64,000 bases of DNA from an uncultured virus (IMG/VR IMGVR_UViG_3300044731_000312). Taxonomy: Duplodnaviria; Heunggongvirae; Uroviricota; Caudoviricetes. Under the pieces are notes generated by a model. The model was not told the origin of the DNA. It saw only the letters and a list, made by a program, of their open reading frames with translations, and did no database searches. The stretch lies in the IMG/VR virus record IMGVR_UViG_3300044731_000312. One strand, written 5' to 3'. The stretch's first letter is position 1. Each line of letters begins with the position of its first letter. Of this stretch, positions 54,514 to 64,000 are shown in pieces. A program made the position numbers and the translations under genes.

Positions 54514-57500
54514 TTAACCTCTCAAACCACGCACGGCGGCGCGGTATCTGTTACGTTCGTATAAATAGGTGTCCATGCCCACGTCCACGGCGACGGCCAT
54601 CTGTCCCTGTATTCCGTTCGGCATGGAGTCAAGACGCCTACGGATGGCAGCCAGTTCTTGCCTCATACCTGACATTTCACCCGTCACGTCGGTAGAAACC
54701 ACCGGCGCCTGAAACGCCAGAGGAAACTTACCATCGTTCATTTGTTCTAAGATGCCTCGATATTTGCGAGTGTTTTCTTTGTTGATTACGAACTCTCCCT
54801 TGTGGACAACACCAGCCGGTGTGTACTTACCACCGTCGCCTGTGTAACCACCGTCTGCGAAGCCAGCCACAGCGGAGCGTGCAGCGGCAACGATACCCTT
54901 GAGGATGGCAGTTAACGCTGCTGCTTTTAAGAGTCCAAAGGCGCCAGCCGTAGCTACGGACTCAGCACTGGCAAGAGATATACCTGTAATCTGTGCAACC
55001 AAGATAGGCACCAAGGCGTCCAATGTGTCGAGTGCGATCTGCAGGAAAGCCGTGCCGAAGTCCTTTTGCTCTGTTATCAGCTGCCCAAATGCGGCTCCTG
55101 CAACGTTAGCCAATTCGTCGTAGATGTCCCCGAATGATTTGGCACTTGATGATGCAGTAGCAAGGGCCCCGATTGTTTCCTGTGTAAGAGCACGGAATGT
55201 TTCGTTAATCTGCTGGCGTATGGCATCGAACAGGCTAGGCACCTTGCCAAGTGAGCCAGCCAGTTCGTCTATGCCCTCCTGATAGGATTGCGTACCCTCG
55301 GTTATGTTAGCAACAATCTTGTTTGTTGCTTCCTCGGAGGCCTTAGTAGGCTTAGCAAATACCTTTTTCCAGTCAATGCCCGTTATACCCTTAACCGCAG
55401 AATCTGTAAACGACTTGAAAGCCGTTTCGTCTAAGCCTGGTTTAATTGCCAGTTCCTGCGCTGTCAACTTTAGAAACTCGACTTGACGCTGCAACGCTTT
55501 GGTTATGTTCTGTTGAGACCTCCGAACTACGTTTACCTCGGTAATCTCAACATCAGCGGGGCCTTTTAACTTAAGACCCTTTAGTTCAGCCTCGATTTGC
55601 AGATCGCGGAAGTCATCGAGGATAGCTTTTTTAGATTCGTCTTTTAATAGACGAAGTTTTGTATCGACAGGCAAGCCGTCAGCACCTAACTCGATACGGA
55701 GTAGTTCCTGTGCTTGTGTTATCCTATCCTGTAGCTGGCCAATGTCAAACTTCTCCAGTTCAAACTTCACATTAACAGCTTCGCCAGCAGCCTCACGTCG
55801 TGCCAGTGTCAGCTCAAATTCCTTGCGTGCTGTCTTCTGGCTATCCACATATTCGTCTAATGCTTTCTTGGCTAGCTTGTACTGTGATGTTTCCTTCTCT
55901 GCTTTCTTATCATCAGCAGCCGTTGCCGTTGGCGTAGGTGGTGGAGTAGCGGCCGCAGTTGCTGCAGCCTGTGCTTCCTCGACCTTGCCAAGTGCTTTTA
56001 ACTGAGCGTTGAGGGCGTTGTTGTATTTCGTGATACCATCAAGGCGTTCTTTGGCGTCCTTGATATTCTGGTTTGCAAACTCAGCAAATGCGATTCGTAG
56101 CTTGTCCGCCTGTTCTTGTGTCTTGACTGAATACAGACGGTTTGCGAAGTCAATGGCGAAGTTGTCGACGTTGCCCAGAATATCACTAAATACGTCCTTG
56201 AACTCTTCGAGTGCGACGTCACGCTGTGCAGCGAGCAACGTCTGATTAGCCTGTCGAAGTTTGTTCTGCAGACCGATGGCCTCATCGCCTAACTTATTTA
56301 ATTCGTTAGTCGTGAGTTTAGAGATTTTCTGCACACCATCGAGGTTTTCCGAGAACGTCTTGGTTTGATCGATAAGGTCTGGGTATTGTTCGTCCAGCTT
56401 GCCCTGAATCTGTTGGAGTTTCTTGTCCTCTTCGACCGTTCGGTTTGTTTTCTTGGCAAGTTCAGTGAACTGTTCAGCCAATGACTTGGTTTGTTTCACC
56501 GTCGTCTGGCGTTCTTTGTTGCCCTTGATTTGTTCCTCGACAAGTTTCTTCTCAGCTTCGGCGTTTTCTAAAGCCTCCTCGGCTGAAATGTTCATAGCAT
56601 CAGCAAGAGCTATAATACCAGCAGTAGCTGCAATAACAGCAACAGCCACAAGCCCGATTGGGTTTAATGCCAACACAGCGTTCCATGCTGCCGTTGCCGC
56701 TGCTGCTATACCTTGCCCGATTGCTGCAGCATTAGTTGCCAGCGCATAGGCACCGACGGCAGCCGCTGCTGTTAAGAGGATAGGGCCGATTACGTCGAAG
56801 TTATCAAACACTGCCTTAACGATAGGGGCCAGCGTTTGGAATGCGTTGATCAAACCCACCTCGATGGCAGCCTTGAACTTATCAAACCGAGCCGCTAGGG
56901 TGTCGTTGTTTTTAGCCGCCTGATCGAAGGCCTCGCTGGTGCCTGTTACGCCATCTGTAAACGCTTCGATATTGCCGATGTTGTCCAGCAGGATACCAGC
57001 CGTAGCCGCGTTTTCCGTACCGAACAACGTAGCCTTAAACGCTGCTTTCTCCGCATCGGTGCCGAGTTTGTCGATTCCGCCCTGCAGTTTTGTAAGTGCA
57101 GCAGACAAGCCTTCCTTCGTAAGTGTTTCCCCAAGATCTTTGATAGACAAACCGACGCCTTTGAGTGCCTCTTCTCCAGGGCCTGACTGCTTAACCAGCA
57201 AACCCAGAACGTTGCGAAGACCGACGCCAGCCTCGGAACCTACCTTACCGCCTACAGCAAGGGCCTGAATAGCGGCGTTCGTTTCTTCAAATGATAGGTT
57301 CGCACCCTTAGCAGCGACACCAGCCTGCAGGATAGCGTCCGCGACCTGTGGGATTTCAGCGGCGCCCACTTTCGCAGAGGCCGCAAGAACGTTGATAAAG
57401 CGCCCCGACTCCTCAGCAAGTTTCGCCGGATCGCTTGCGTCGATGCCGAACTGTAGCATCGAGTTTGAGAGAGCATCTACCGACGCCTTCGCATCGAGGC

Positions 57501-58050
57501 CTGCAGCCTTGGCAAGAACGTTAACGTTCTCGGATACCGCAGACAATGCCTCGGGTGTGCTTGCCAGATCAGGGCCAAACTTAGACAACACAGTCTGGAA
57601 AGCCTCCAGCTGTGTTGTTGCTGATCCTCCAAACTGTTCAGCTAATCCCTTGGCACGTTCGCCCAAATCGTTGAGTCCGTCGCCAGTTACACCTGTTACA
57701 GCTGATACCGACTGCAGGGCGGTCTCGAAATTAGAACCGGCTGCTATGGCCTGTGACAGACCTTCCTGCAGCACGCCCCCGAGTTGTGCAGCAACGCCAC
57801 CGATAAGACCACCAGAAAACGCACCCTTGAAAGAATCCGACAGCGAAGACGCGGCGTTCTTACCTGTTGTCTCCGCTACGTTTTCAAGGCTTTTGAGGCT
57901 TTGTTTGGCACCGTCGGTATCGACAACAGCGTCGATGTTTAGAGCCTTGCTTATCTGATCTGCTGACGTCTTGGAATCACTAGCGGCTTTCTTCAGTGAC
58001 GATGAAAAACCGCTAGTGTCCAGTTGAAGTTCATTCTTAAAAACTGCCAT
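54514..58050 (-). CDS. Tail tape measure protein, TP901-like core
   Basis: 1178 aa; GSEAG.GLRN; C-terminus closely matches A's TMP. Confidence 0.9.
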   Translation of the reverse strand: MAVFKNELQLDTSGFSSSLKKAASDSKTSADQISKALNIDAVVDTDGAKQSLKSLENVAETTGKNAASSLSDSFKGAFSGGLIGGVAAQLGGVLQEGLSQAIAAGSNFETALQSVSAVTGVTGDGLNDLGERAKGLAEQFGGSATTQLEAFQTVLSKFGPDLASTPEALSAVSENVNVLAKAAGLDAKASVDALSNSMLQFGIDASDPAKLAEESGRFINVLAASAKVGAAEIPQVADAILQAGVAAKGANLSFEETNAAIQALAVGGKVGSEAGVGLRNVLGLLVKQSGPGEEALKGVGLSIKDLGETLTKEGLSAALTKLQGGIDKLGTDAEKAAFKATLFGTENAATAGILLDNIGNIEAFTDGVTGTSEAFDQAAKNNDTLAARFDKFKAAIEVGLINAFQTLAPIVKAVFDNFDVIGPILLTAAAAVGAYALATNAAAIGQGIAAAATAAWNAVLALNPIGLVAVAVIAATAGIIALADAMNISAEEALENAEAEKKLVEEQIKGNKERQTTVKQTKSLAEQFTELAKKTNRTVEEDKKLQQIQGKLDEQYPDLIDQTKTFSENLDGVQKISKLTTNELNKLGDEAIGLQNKLRQANQTLLAAQRDVALEEFKDVFSDILGNVDNFAIDFANRLYSVKTQEQADKLRIAFAEFANQNIKDAKERLDGITKYNNALNAQLKALGKVEEAQAAATAAATPPPTPTATAADDKKAEKETSQYKLAKKALDEYVDSQKTARKEFELTLARREAAGEAVNVKFELEKFDIGQLQDRITQAQELLRIELGADGLPVDTKLRLLKDESKKAILDDFRDLQIEAELKGLKLKGPADVEITEVNVVRRSQQNITKALQRQVEFLKLTAQELAIKPGLDETAFKSFTDSAVKGITGIDWKKVFAKPTKASEEATNKIVANITEGTQSYQEGIDELAGSLGKVPSLFDAIRQQINETFRALTQETIGALATASSSAKSFGDIYDELANVAGAAFGQLITEQKDFGTAFLQIALDTLDALVPILVAQITGISLASAESVATAGAFGLLKAAALTAILKGIVAAARSAVAGFADGGYTGDGGKYTPAGVVHKGEFVINKENTRKYRGILEQMNDGKFPLAFQAPVVSTDVTGEMSGMRQELAAIRRRLDSMPNGIQGQMAVAVDVGMDTYLYERNRYRAAVRGLRG

Positions 58051-58319
58051 TATCGTTTCCCGATTCGGCGTTCGTGCCTGTTCTTAGCTATCTGTGAATC
58101 GGTCGGTTGATCCCATGAGTGAGCCCGCACAAGTGCGACCCTCCGCAGAAACTCCGACGCTGTGAGGGAAACTACCACTTCGTCGGGTGTCATTTTCCAC
58201 AACTTGCCTATCTCGATGGCCATAAGAACGTCGTGCTCGTGTGCTGGCACTACGTCGGTTCCTGTGATGCGCTTGGGGTAAGGTTTGCCCGTGTCGTCAA
58301 CAGGCGTTTTCGTCAGCAC
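58050..58319 (-). CDS. Tail chaperone gpT-like part, likely reached by +1 frameshift
   Basis: +1 frame is open from TTT_CGA at 58375-58380. Confidence 0.65.
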   Translation of the reverse strand: MLTKTPVDDTGKPYPKRITGTDVVPAHEHDVLMAIEIGKLWKMTPDEVVVSLTASEFLRRVALVRAHSWDQPTDSQIAKNRHERRIGKR

Positions 58320-58356
58320 GTCGTAGGCTTCATATATCTCAGCGACTGCTGCGACC

Positions 58357-58893
58357 TCAGAGTTTAGCGACGCCTCGAAACCACTTGACGGATTCGACCA
58401 CCTCCGTCAGGTCTTGGTCTTCCCAGAATTCGGAAACGGACATGAGTGTCTTTTGTTCTTCGGTCAGCTGGTTGGTGTCCATGATGACCTTCAGCACCTC
58501 AATACAGGCGTTGATGGCGTCGTCGTTGTCAAGGGGAAACTCTGTGATAGGATTGTTCAGCGCTTGCCAGATGTTCGGGAATGATTCCAGCAATTCGGAT
58601 TGTATGCGCTGTGTTACCATCGACTGCAGATCGTTGTCTGTGATGTTCGGGATAGCCTCCCGAATCTCTTTGCCAATCTGTGCAGCGTGCACGGAGTTAG
58701 CACCACCAGACAAGGTAACGATCTTGGCAGCATTGGGCGATTCCTGCAGGGCCTTCTGGAAAGCCGCGTTCTGGCCTAAACTGCGAAGCGTTGCGATGGG
58801 GTTCTCAACTGCCTTGATGATACGGCGCGAGATGATGTTCTTCAGCGGGATCTCTTTCTGTTCACCCACGAAATAGAGTTTAATCGACGGCAT
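58357..58893 (-). CDS. Tail assembly chaperone (start MPSIK)
   Basis: Between MTP and TMP; FW.D....EV similar to A's chaperone. Confidence 0.75.
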   Translation of the reverse strand: MPSIKLYFVGEQKEIPLKNIISRRIIKAVENPIATLRSLGQNAAFQKALQESPNAAKIVTLSGGANSVHAAQIGKEIREAIPNITDNDLQSMVTQRIQSELLESFPNIWQALNNPITEFPLDNDDAINACIEVLKVIMDTNQLTEEQKTLMSVSEFWEDQDLTEVVESVKWFRGVAKL

Positions 58894-58917
58894 GACAAGT
58901 CCTCTTGTTACGGCATG

Positions 58918-58963
58918 AAAAACAAAATAGGCAGGGGCCGCCATGCCGCGAACGGCCCCCACC
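58918..58963 (-). terminator. Terminator-like hairpin with loop complementary to the chaperone start region
   Basis: GGTGGGGGCCGTT-CGCGGCAT-GGCGGCCCCTGCC-TATTTTGTTTTT. Confidence 0.75.
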
Positions 58964-58979
58964 GGGTAACCTCGGAAGG

Positions 58980-59555
58980 TTACTTATAAACTACAGTTCC
59001 GTATGGAATTGTACCGAACAGTGTAACAGGTACGGCTGAAGTCATAAAGTCAGTGAAGTAGGTTGCAGCAAGCGTGATAGGGTTCTGCAGCTTGAAGCCT
59101 TCGAAAGACAACGTTACTCGGTTGTATGTTTCACCAGCCTGCGTCCATCCGCCAGATTCGTTGTTCAGGCGCTGTGGGAAAACGCCTACCTTACGAACGG
59201 CTGTGTTTTGCTGGTTTCCACCACCAGCAAGACCGCCCTTGACTGCACAGATTAGCTTCTGGTTCTGAGCAGAGCCTGTTTCGTTTGTGCCGTTCTCGAG
59301 AAGCAAGTCCTCGATAGCGCCAGCGCCTGTGTTGGTTGCTGTCTCGATAAACGTCTGCAGCGCCTGCGTGTCTTCGACGTGCTCGATAGAAATCGAGTAA
59401 GCACCAGAAGCAGCGTCACGTGTTACATCTGTTGAGATGATGTTATCATTGAGTTTGTAGAGGTATGTCGAACCGACGCCAATAGTGCCGGTATCTTCGA
59501 CAGTCCATGCGCCGAAGGTATTACCACCGGCGACGACCCGTGTTGCGAGTGCCAT
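58980..59555 (-). CDS. Major tail protein
   Basis: Position; homolog of 28458..29063. Confidence 0.7.
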   Translation of the reverse strand: MALATRVVAGGNTFGAWTVEDTGTIGVGSTYLYKLNDNIISTDVTRDAASGAYSISIEHVEDTQALQTFIETATNTGAGAIEDLLLENGTNETGSAQNQKLICAVKGGLAGGGNQQNTAVRKVGVFPQRLNNESGGWTQAGETYNRVTLSFEGFKLQNPITLAATYFTDFMTSAVPVTLFGTIPYGTVVYK

Positions 59556-59556
59556 G

Positions 59557-60309
59557 TTATTTGTCCTTTGTTACATAATACATAAATGATCCTGAGTCAC
59601 GGTGTATCATTTGTGTCCAGTATACTAACTGGTCATCATCTGTACAGTCCGCAATCTCACGTGCGAGCCCTCTCACGTTACGCCTCACCTTGGCCATCAT
59701 CGAGTCGGCGTCGACTTCATAGCCTACGTGATGCACTAACAGTGAACAGGTCTCAAGTGTTAGCCCCTGCTGTTCTATCGACCATGTGATCTGTTCGTGT
59801 GCAGCACCCTTGAAGGCGAATGCTTTGTTGTTGCGAAACACCCTTGTCTGTGGATGATGGTATCGCATAACGTTGCTGTTGCCTTCGTGCTTCGGTTGTA
59901 CTCCAACACATCCGCACACAAGCCCGCCAACACCGGCAGGGTATATCGTCAGGTCGTCAAACCAACTATGCTGATGGGTTAGCAGACGGTCGTCGGCGTC
60001 TATCCACATTACCCACCCACGAGAACAGAGACCAATGCAAAGGTTGCGAAGGTTGGCAAAGTGTAGATCTTGCCATTGCGTTTCGTAGTAACGAACAACG
60101 CTACCATTGTTTAGCGTTATTTTCTTACGTTCTACAACCTCTGAATTGTCGCCCTGTTCATTCCAGAGCACGACCACCTCGCAGCCACTCGGTAGCGTTG
60201 AGATCATCTGCATGACGTGGTGTGCTTCGCTCTTGTGTGCTATGCAGGCGAAACTTACGTCGACGTGTTTAGGCTCTGAGCTTTGGTTCGTTGCCGACAT
60301 ATAGAACAA
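59557..60309 (-). CDS. GT2 glycosyltransferase in the tail module
   Basis: FANLRN, WIDADD, RVFRN, GAAHEQI, HHVGY. Confidence 0.85.
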   Translation of the reverse strand: MFYMSATNQSSEPKHVDVSFACIAHKSEAHHVMQMISTLPSGCEVVVLWNEQGDNSEVVERKKITLNNGSVVRYYETQWQDLHFANLRNLCIGLCSRGWVMWIDADDRLLTHQHSWFDDLTIYPAGVGGLVCGCVGVQPKHEGNSNVMRYHHPQTRVFRNNKAFAFKGAAHEQITWSIEQQGLTLETCSLLVHHVGYEVDADSMMAKVRRNVRGLAREIADCTDDDQLVYWTQMIHRDSGSFMYYVTKDK

Positions 60310-60508
60310 CTTTCGCTTGTGATGGTTCGTTTAAGAATTGCCCGATGATGATTTCCTGAACATCACGAACAAAGAATTCCTGCACGGTCGTACTGGTGAC
60401 GTCCCGTGGCCTGTGATCCGTGAACAGATCCGAGTCGACCCTGACGTCGATGTCGCCGTAGACGCTGTGGATCTGGCGAAGATGCTTCATCAGTTCAGAT
60501 ACAGTCAT
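60269..60508 (-). CDS. Small hypothetical protein present in B only
   Basis: MTV.EL...L......GD..V phage motif; absent at this position in A. Confidence 0.55.
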   Translation of the reverse strand: MTVSELMKHLRQIHSVYGDIDVRVDSDLFTDHRPRDVTSTTVQEFFVRDVQEIIIGQFLNEPSQAKVVLYVGNEPKLRA

Positions 60509-60978
60509 GCTTGCTGGAGATAAGATATAGTTACTTCGTACAACAGACCCACCTTGTCCGACTTGTCGTCCACGTATCCCGTTACGTTGCCTGTCTCGAT
60601 GCTGTGCAGTGTTACAGTATAACCTGCACTGGTGACGTCTGAATAGGGGAGCGTAGCTTCGACAGCGTCCATCGCCTTGTCTATCTTCTCGCTGAGTTGC
60701 CCGTGCATGATGGCAGCCGTTCCAAGTTCCTGTGAGTCAAGGCTGTTTTTCTGCACAGCGTAGATGCCTAGCAACAGCCGACGTATTGAGGTTCTAAACC
60801 CTGATTCCGTGTTCAGAGGTGTCAGTGTGTCACTAATGATGTTAACGTAGACGTTCGCCTTGGTGTTGAACAAGGCCGTTTCTTTGGTGAAGACGTTGAT
60901 GACGTTGAAGGTCTTATCGTCAGACAGTTTGTCCTTGACAAGATCCAAAGCCATAGCGTATTTCGAAGTGCTGCTCAT
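60505..60978 (-). CDS. Tail terminator/completion protein (putative)
   Basis: Position. Confidence 0.55.
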   Translation of the reverse strand: MSSTSKYAMALDLVKDKLSDDKTFNVINVFTKETALFNTKANVYVNIISDTLTPLNTESGFRTSIRRLLLGIYAVQKNSLDSQELGTAAIMHGQLSEKIDKAMDAVEATLPYSDVTSAGYTVTLHSIETGNVTGYVDDKSDKVGLLYEVTISYLQQA

Positions 60979-61442
60979 GACGAAGCCTCTGCTAGTTTAC
61001 GTAGCATGATGTCGATTATACGGGGGAAATTTCCGTCTTGAAACGATCGCATAGCAGGCCCAATGTAGGGCCGTGGTGGGATAGTCGCGGCGTAGTTACG
61101 GCCTGTCTGCCCACCGTATTCATGGATGCGTGCGTATGGTATAACGTTCAAATCTATTCCCCACACGAAAGCGTATGTGTTGCCACGTTGTTCGTAGGAT
61201 GTAGCGTTGCCTTTGGCTCTGTATACGGTCGCTGCTTTGAACAAATTACCATCAACTTGCTGTAGAGTTTTGCCTGTAGGCACACGGGGATATTTTGGGT
61301 TGCGAACAGTTTCACCGTAGTTCATAGATATATCCCTTGCCAGCGCCGTTTGCATACGCTGAGGGTCAAAGGCGTCCTTCGCCAGCACTGGCAAGTTCAG
61401 CAGTATTCTTCTGACATATTCGTCAACACTAATCACAGCCAA
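60975..61442 (-). CDS. Virion morphogenesis/tail completion protein
   Basis: YARIHEYGG...IP.RPYI.P. Confidence 0.75.
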   Translation of the reverse strand: MAVISVDEYVRRILLNLPVLAKDAFDPQRMQTALARDISMNYGETVRNPKYPRVPTGKTLQQVDGNLFKAATVYRAKGNATSYEQRGNTYAFVWGIDLNVIPYARIHEYGGQTGRNYAATIPPRPYIGPAMRSFQDGNFPRIIDIMLRKLAEASS

Positions 61443-62011
61443 GCCCTAACGATATAGGGTGCCAGCCGTGCACGGAATCGGTTTGTAAGGTCACGGTATA
61501 CTGTCGTTACTGTCGTGCCGCCTTCTGACGAAGCCACCGACTGAAGTCCGATTCTGTTTTCACGTCCTGAATAATCTGTGTTTTTGAATAACTCCACGAC
61601 CATTTCGGAGCAAACACTCTTAAGATCGTAAGGTGCAGTGGCGTCTGTATAACCGACCGTAAGATTCGCACGCCACAGAACGTAGTTAAGACCTTCGTCA
61701 TAGTACACCTGATATACACCATCTGCCTTGACTACGATAGCGCCTGTGGCTGTTGTCCAGGTTGCATCGTCTACGTGTTCCTTATACTGTAGTGATGTCA
61801 AGGTAACAGGCACGGTGTAAGGTAGGATATAGGTCTGCATCCTGTTACCTACGAAGTCCAGCGCTACGGTCTCGGTTTCGATAGGTTGTTTGCAGATGCC
61901 CTTGATAATAGAGCCAGCCTGCAGGATGAAGCCTAGAATGCGCGTGTCTTGCGTGCTGTCCCCAATGTTGAGATAGCTTGTCTTAATATCCGAGACAGTT
62001 ACGAGTGCCAT
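61433..62011 (-). CDS. Head-tail connector
   Basis: Homolog of 30784..31359. Confidence 0.75.
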   Translation of the reverse strand: MALVTVSDIKTSYLNIGDSTQDTRILGFILQAGSIIKGICKQPIETETVALDFVGNRMQTYILPYTVPVTLTSLQYKEHVDDATWTTATGAIVVKADGVYQVYYDEGLNYVLWRANLTVGYTDATAPYDLKSVCSEMVVELFKNTDYSGRENRIGLQSVASSEGGTTVTTVYRDLTNRFRARLAPYIVRAWL

Positions 62012-62473
62012 TTACTTAATCCCCACAACGTCAAAAATTGCCTGATCGGTTTCGTTCAATTCCGTTGGAAAACGTGTTGATAAAATTAGGTCTTTCTTAT
62101 ACAAACTTACGCACACCTTATCCGACTGGTTCCCTCCGAGAAGATATACGCTGTCGCCTTTTTCACCTGTGTAGAAACCGACGTGATGGCCACCCTTGCG
62201 TTTAAGAACTACCAAACACCCGTACTGCATAGGCACCTCGCGCCCCCACTTCAGCCATGACTTGGCTGCAGCGGATCGTGTGATGGCGTAGCCGGCGCGG
62301 TCAAAAACCCAGTTCACAAATGACGAACACCAAGGTATTTCGTCAGCTTTGGCTTTCAACGTGGTAAGTGCATGGTATTCGAGGATTCTCGGAGTGTGCG
62401 AGGAGATGCCAGTGATTTCCTTGATGCCCTTTTCACCTTCGGCAATCTTTAGCCACCTGTACTTGTTAGACAT
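62012..62473 (-). CDS. TIGR02594-family endolysin
   Basis: DEIPWCSSFVNW, HVGF, LLGGNQSD. Confidence 0.85.
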   Translation of the reverse strand: MSNKYRWLKIAEGEKGIKEITGISSHTPRILEYHALTTLKAKADEIPWCSSFVNWVFDRAGYAITRSAAAKSWLKWGREVPMQYGCLVVLKRKGGHHVGFYTGEKGDSVYLLGGNQSDKVCVSLYKKDLILSTRFPTELNETDQAIFDVVGIK

Positions 62474-62756
62474 CTAATTGGTTTCCCTTCGCTGTTTTGT
62501 AGGATTGCCAGGCCATTTCTTCAAACAACCTTGTCCGCTCTTCATTGTGATCTTGCCCAGTGGCAGCCTCAAAAGCGTGGTACCATTCGTGCAAGAAGGT
62601 CTTGAGTTGCGTTTCTATGGTCGTGAGCCGGCCGTCTACGTGGGTTGCTATGCGGATGGTGTGTTTCTCAGCGTCGCACTCGCCATAGGCACCGCGCATC
62701 TTGCACATCCGCACACGCCATGTGTGGCCTCCGAGTTTGAACGACGTGGGGATCAT
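62466..62756 (-). CDS. Small HExxH metallopeptidase-like protein
   Basis: TFLHEWYHA. Confidence 0.75.
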   Translation of the reverse strand: MIPTSFKLGGHTWRVRMCKMRGAYGECDAEKHTIRIATHVDGRLTTIETQLKTFLHEWYHAFEAATGQDHNEERTRLFEEMAWQSYKTAKGNQLDV

Positions 62757-63823
62757 CTCACTTCTCCGTCAATAATCATCTTGTTGTAAACTGTGAAACG
62801 TCCCGAGTCTTGCAGGTCGACAAGAGCGAACCCGTGATTCCAGCCGTTACGAGCCGCGTAGAAAGGATTCAAATCGCACAGGCACCCAACAGACCACCCT
62901 GCTATGAAAGACCCGTCTAAGGGCCTGCGAATCATGTCCGTGGACGTTCTATGCACGTGACCCACTAGGATATTGTCGAGAGCCTTCATTCGGTAGTTTC
63001 GCCCTGGTGTTACACCACCACCACCAAACCACTCATGGCCGTGATCTATCCACAGCTGGCCAGCCTGCATCTTGCCACGTTTTGATACCCACTCGATACC
63101 GATCTCACGTAGTTTCAGAAACTCCTCGAGGTAAACGGTGCCGATTAGTTCCTTCGCCTTACGTGCAAGGTAGCGCTGGTATCTTTCTTCGTGGTTGCCC
63201 TCACGGTAGACGATGCGTACCTTATCACCAAAGAAAGCCCGCAGGTGTTTCAGCATGGCGATAGCAACATCCAATTCCCACTTCCAAGAACGTTTCCCTT
63301 CGACCTTCTCGTGGTCTGACAGGTTATAAACGTCGAGCATATCGCCGTTTAATACCAGCGTGTCTATGCCCTCATCACGGAGTGTTTCTATGGCTGTCCA
63401 GTATGCCCCGTAGAAATTGCCGGCCGAGTCCTTGCGTAGGTCATGGAATGGCCAGTGTGCATCCGAGATGATGCCTATCTTACCAGGTCTAATTTCGCAT
63501 ACTTCGTCATCACGTAATTCGCCTGCTATGGCATCGTCGAAGGGAACAGCCCCGTATTCGGTAGGTGGTGCTTCGGCTATTCGTAGTTTCTTAAGTGCTT
63601 CGGCCTCACGTTCATGGACGCTGTTTAGTGCTGCCTTTGCCTTCGCAATCTTCGTTTTTATTACTTCGGGATTCTCAGCAGCGAAGGCGTGGGCGTTCTT
63701 GATTTCAGCGCCGCGTATTATGCCACCCTTTATCTGGGATTTCTTCATACGAGCCGCACGGTAATCTTCGATGATTTCCCGCACGGCATCGTACTCTACA
63801 TCGGACAGGCGTAAACGCGGCAT
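62753..63823 (-). CDS. Calcineurin-like metallophosphoesterase
   Basis: SDAH, NGDMLD, GNHE, HGH, GHVH. Confidence 0.9.
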   Translation of the reverse strand: MPRLRLSDVEYDAVREIIEDYRAARMKKSQIKGGIIRGAEIKNAHAFAAENPEVIKTKIAKAKAALNSVHEREAEALKKLRIAEAPPTEYGAVPFDDAIAGELRDDEVCEIRPGKIGIISDAHWPFHDLRKDSAGNFYGAYWTAIETLRDEGIDTLVLNGDMLDVYNLSDHEKVEGKRSWKWELDVAIAMLKHLRAFFGDKVRIVYREGNHEERYQRYLARKAKELIGTVYLEEFLKLREIGIEWVSKRGKMQAGQLWIDHGHEWFGGGGVTPGRNYRMKALDNILVGHVHRTSTDMIRRPLDGSFIAGWSVGCLCDLNPFYAARNGWNHGFALVDLQDSGRFTVYNKMIIDGEVR

Positions 63824-63839
63824 GTCTGGCCCTGTCTAT

Positions 63840-64000
63840 TTACTTTTTATCGGCTGTGAAATAGGATTGGATAATGTCCACAATGCCATAACAAGCACCA
63901 AGAACGAGGCTTTCTGTTACGTTGCCTGTGCTAATACCGAACAAACTAAGTCCCAAAAATATGAGCTTGACAACGCCTGTTAAGGTGGTTTTCCAGTTGC
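63840..64000 (-). CDS. Holin-like protein, 3' part
   Basis: Manual translation NWKTTLTGVVKLIFLGLSLFG...FTADKK*, homologous to 31556..31912. Confidence 0.7.
   Translation of the reverse strand, partial: NWKTTLTGVVKLIFLGLSLFGISTGNVTESLVLGACYGIVDIIQSYFTADKK

Larger units (their letters stand above)
32997..64000 (-). mobile_element. Phage genome unit B (related siphovirus, VirE-type primase replication), truncated at the window end
   Basis: Second full set of homologous but divergent head, tail and early genes in nearly the same order. Confidence 0.9.

Noticed and set aside
522..63983. All + strand ORFs in the track
   Set aside because: They are shadows of well-supported minus-strand genes and have no recognisable motifs.
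1..64000. Integrated prophages, att sites or tRNA genes
   Set aside because: No integrase, host genes or convincing cloverleaf seen by eye; tRNAscan-SE was not run.

Overview
The window is entirely tailed-phage DNA. It holds two complete or near-complete, syntenic but strongly diverged ~33-kb siphovirus-like genomes joined head to tail: unit A at 1-32996 and unit B at 32997 to beyond 64000. Each unit has HK97-type head genes (terS, terL, portal fused to a MuF domain, prohead protease, major capsid protein), head-decoration/fibre genes, a long non-contractile tail module with an embedded GT2 glycosyltransferase, a metallophosphoesterase/HExxH/TIGR02594-endolysin cassette, and an early region. 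All credible genes are on the minus strand. I saw no integrase, CI-type repressor, tRNA, CRISPR array or reverse transcriptase. The units are joined through a ~1.26-kb near-identical, indel-free fibre module (offset exactly 32,996 bp), so this is either an assembly chimera or a real co-integrate. Promoter shapes (TTG-N19-21-TAnnTTTG) and a DUF3127-like SSB suggest a Bacteroidota/FCB host (inference). Having two relatives side by side allows comparison by eye, which points to an RNA-level regulatory layer: (i) a plus-strand ~70-nt sRNA in A, with its own promoter and terminator, built from segments complementary to the ribosome-binding regions of many phage genes; (ii) terminator hairpins whose loops are complementary to downstream translation-initiation regions, with different sequences in A and B; (iii) a conserved intergenic structured RNA; (iv) a TTT_CG +1 frameshift site in both tail chaperones; (v) DnaA boxes at late intergenic regions next to a phage DnaA-domain-IV protein. 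All family assignments come from motifs recognised by eye; no searches or folding programs were run.
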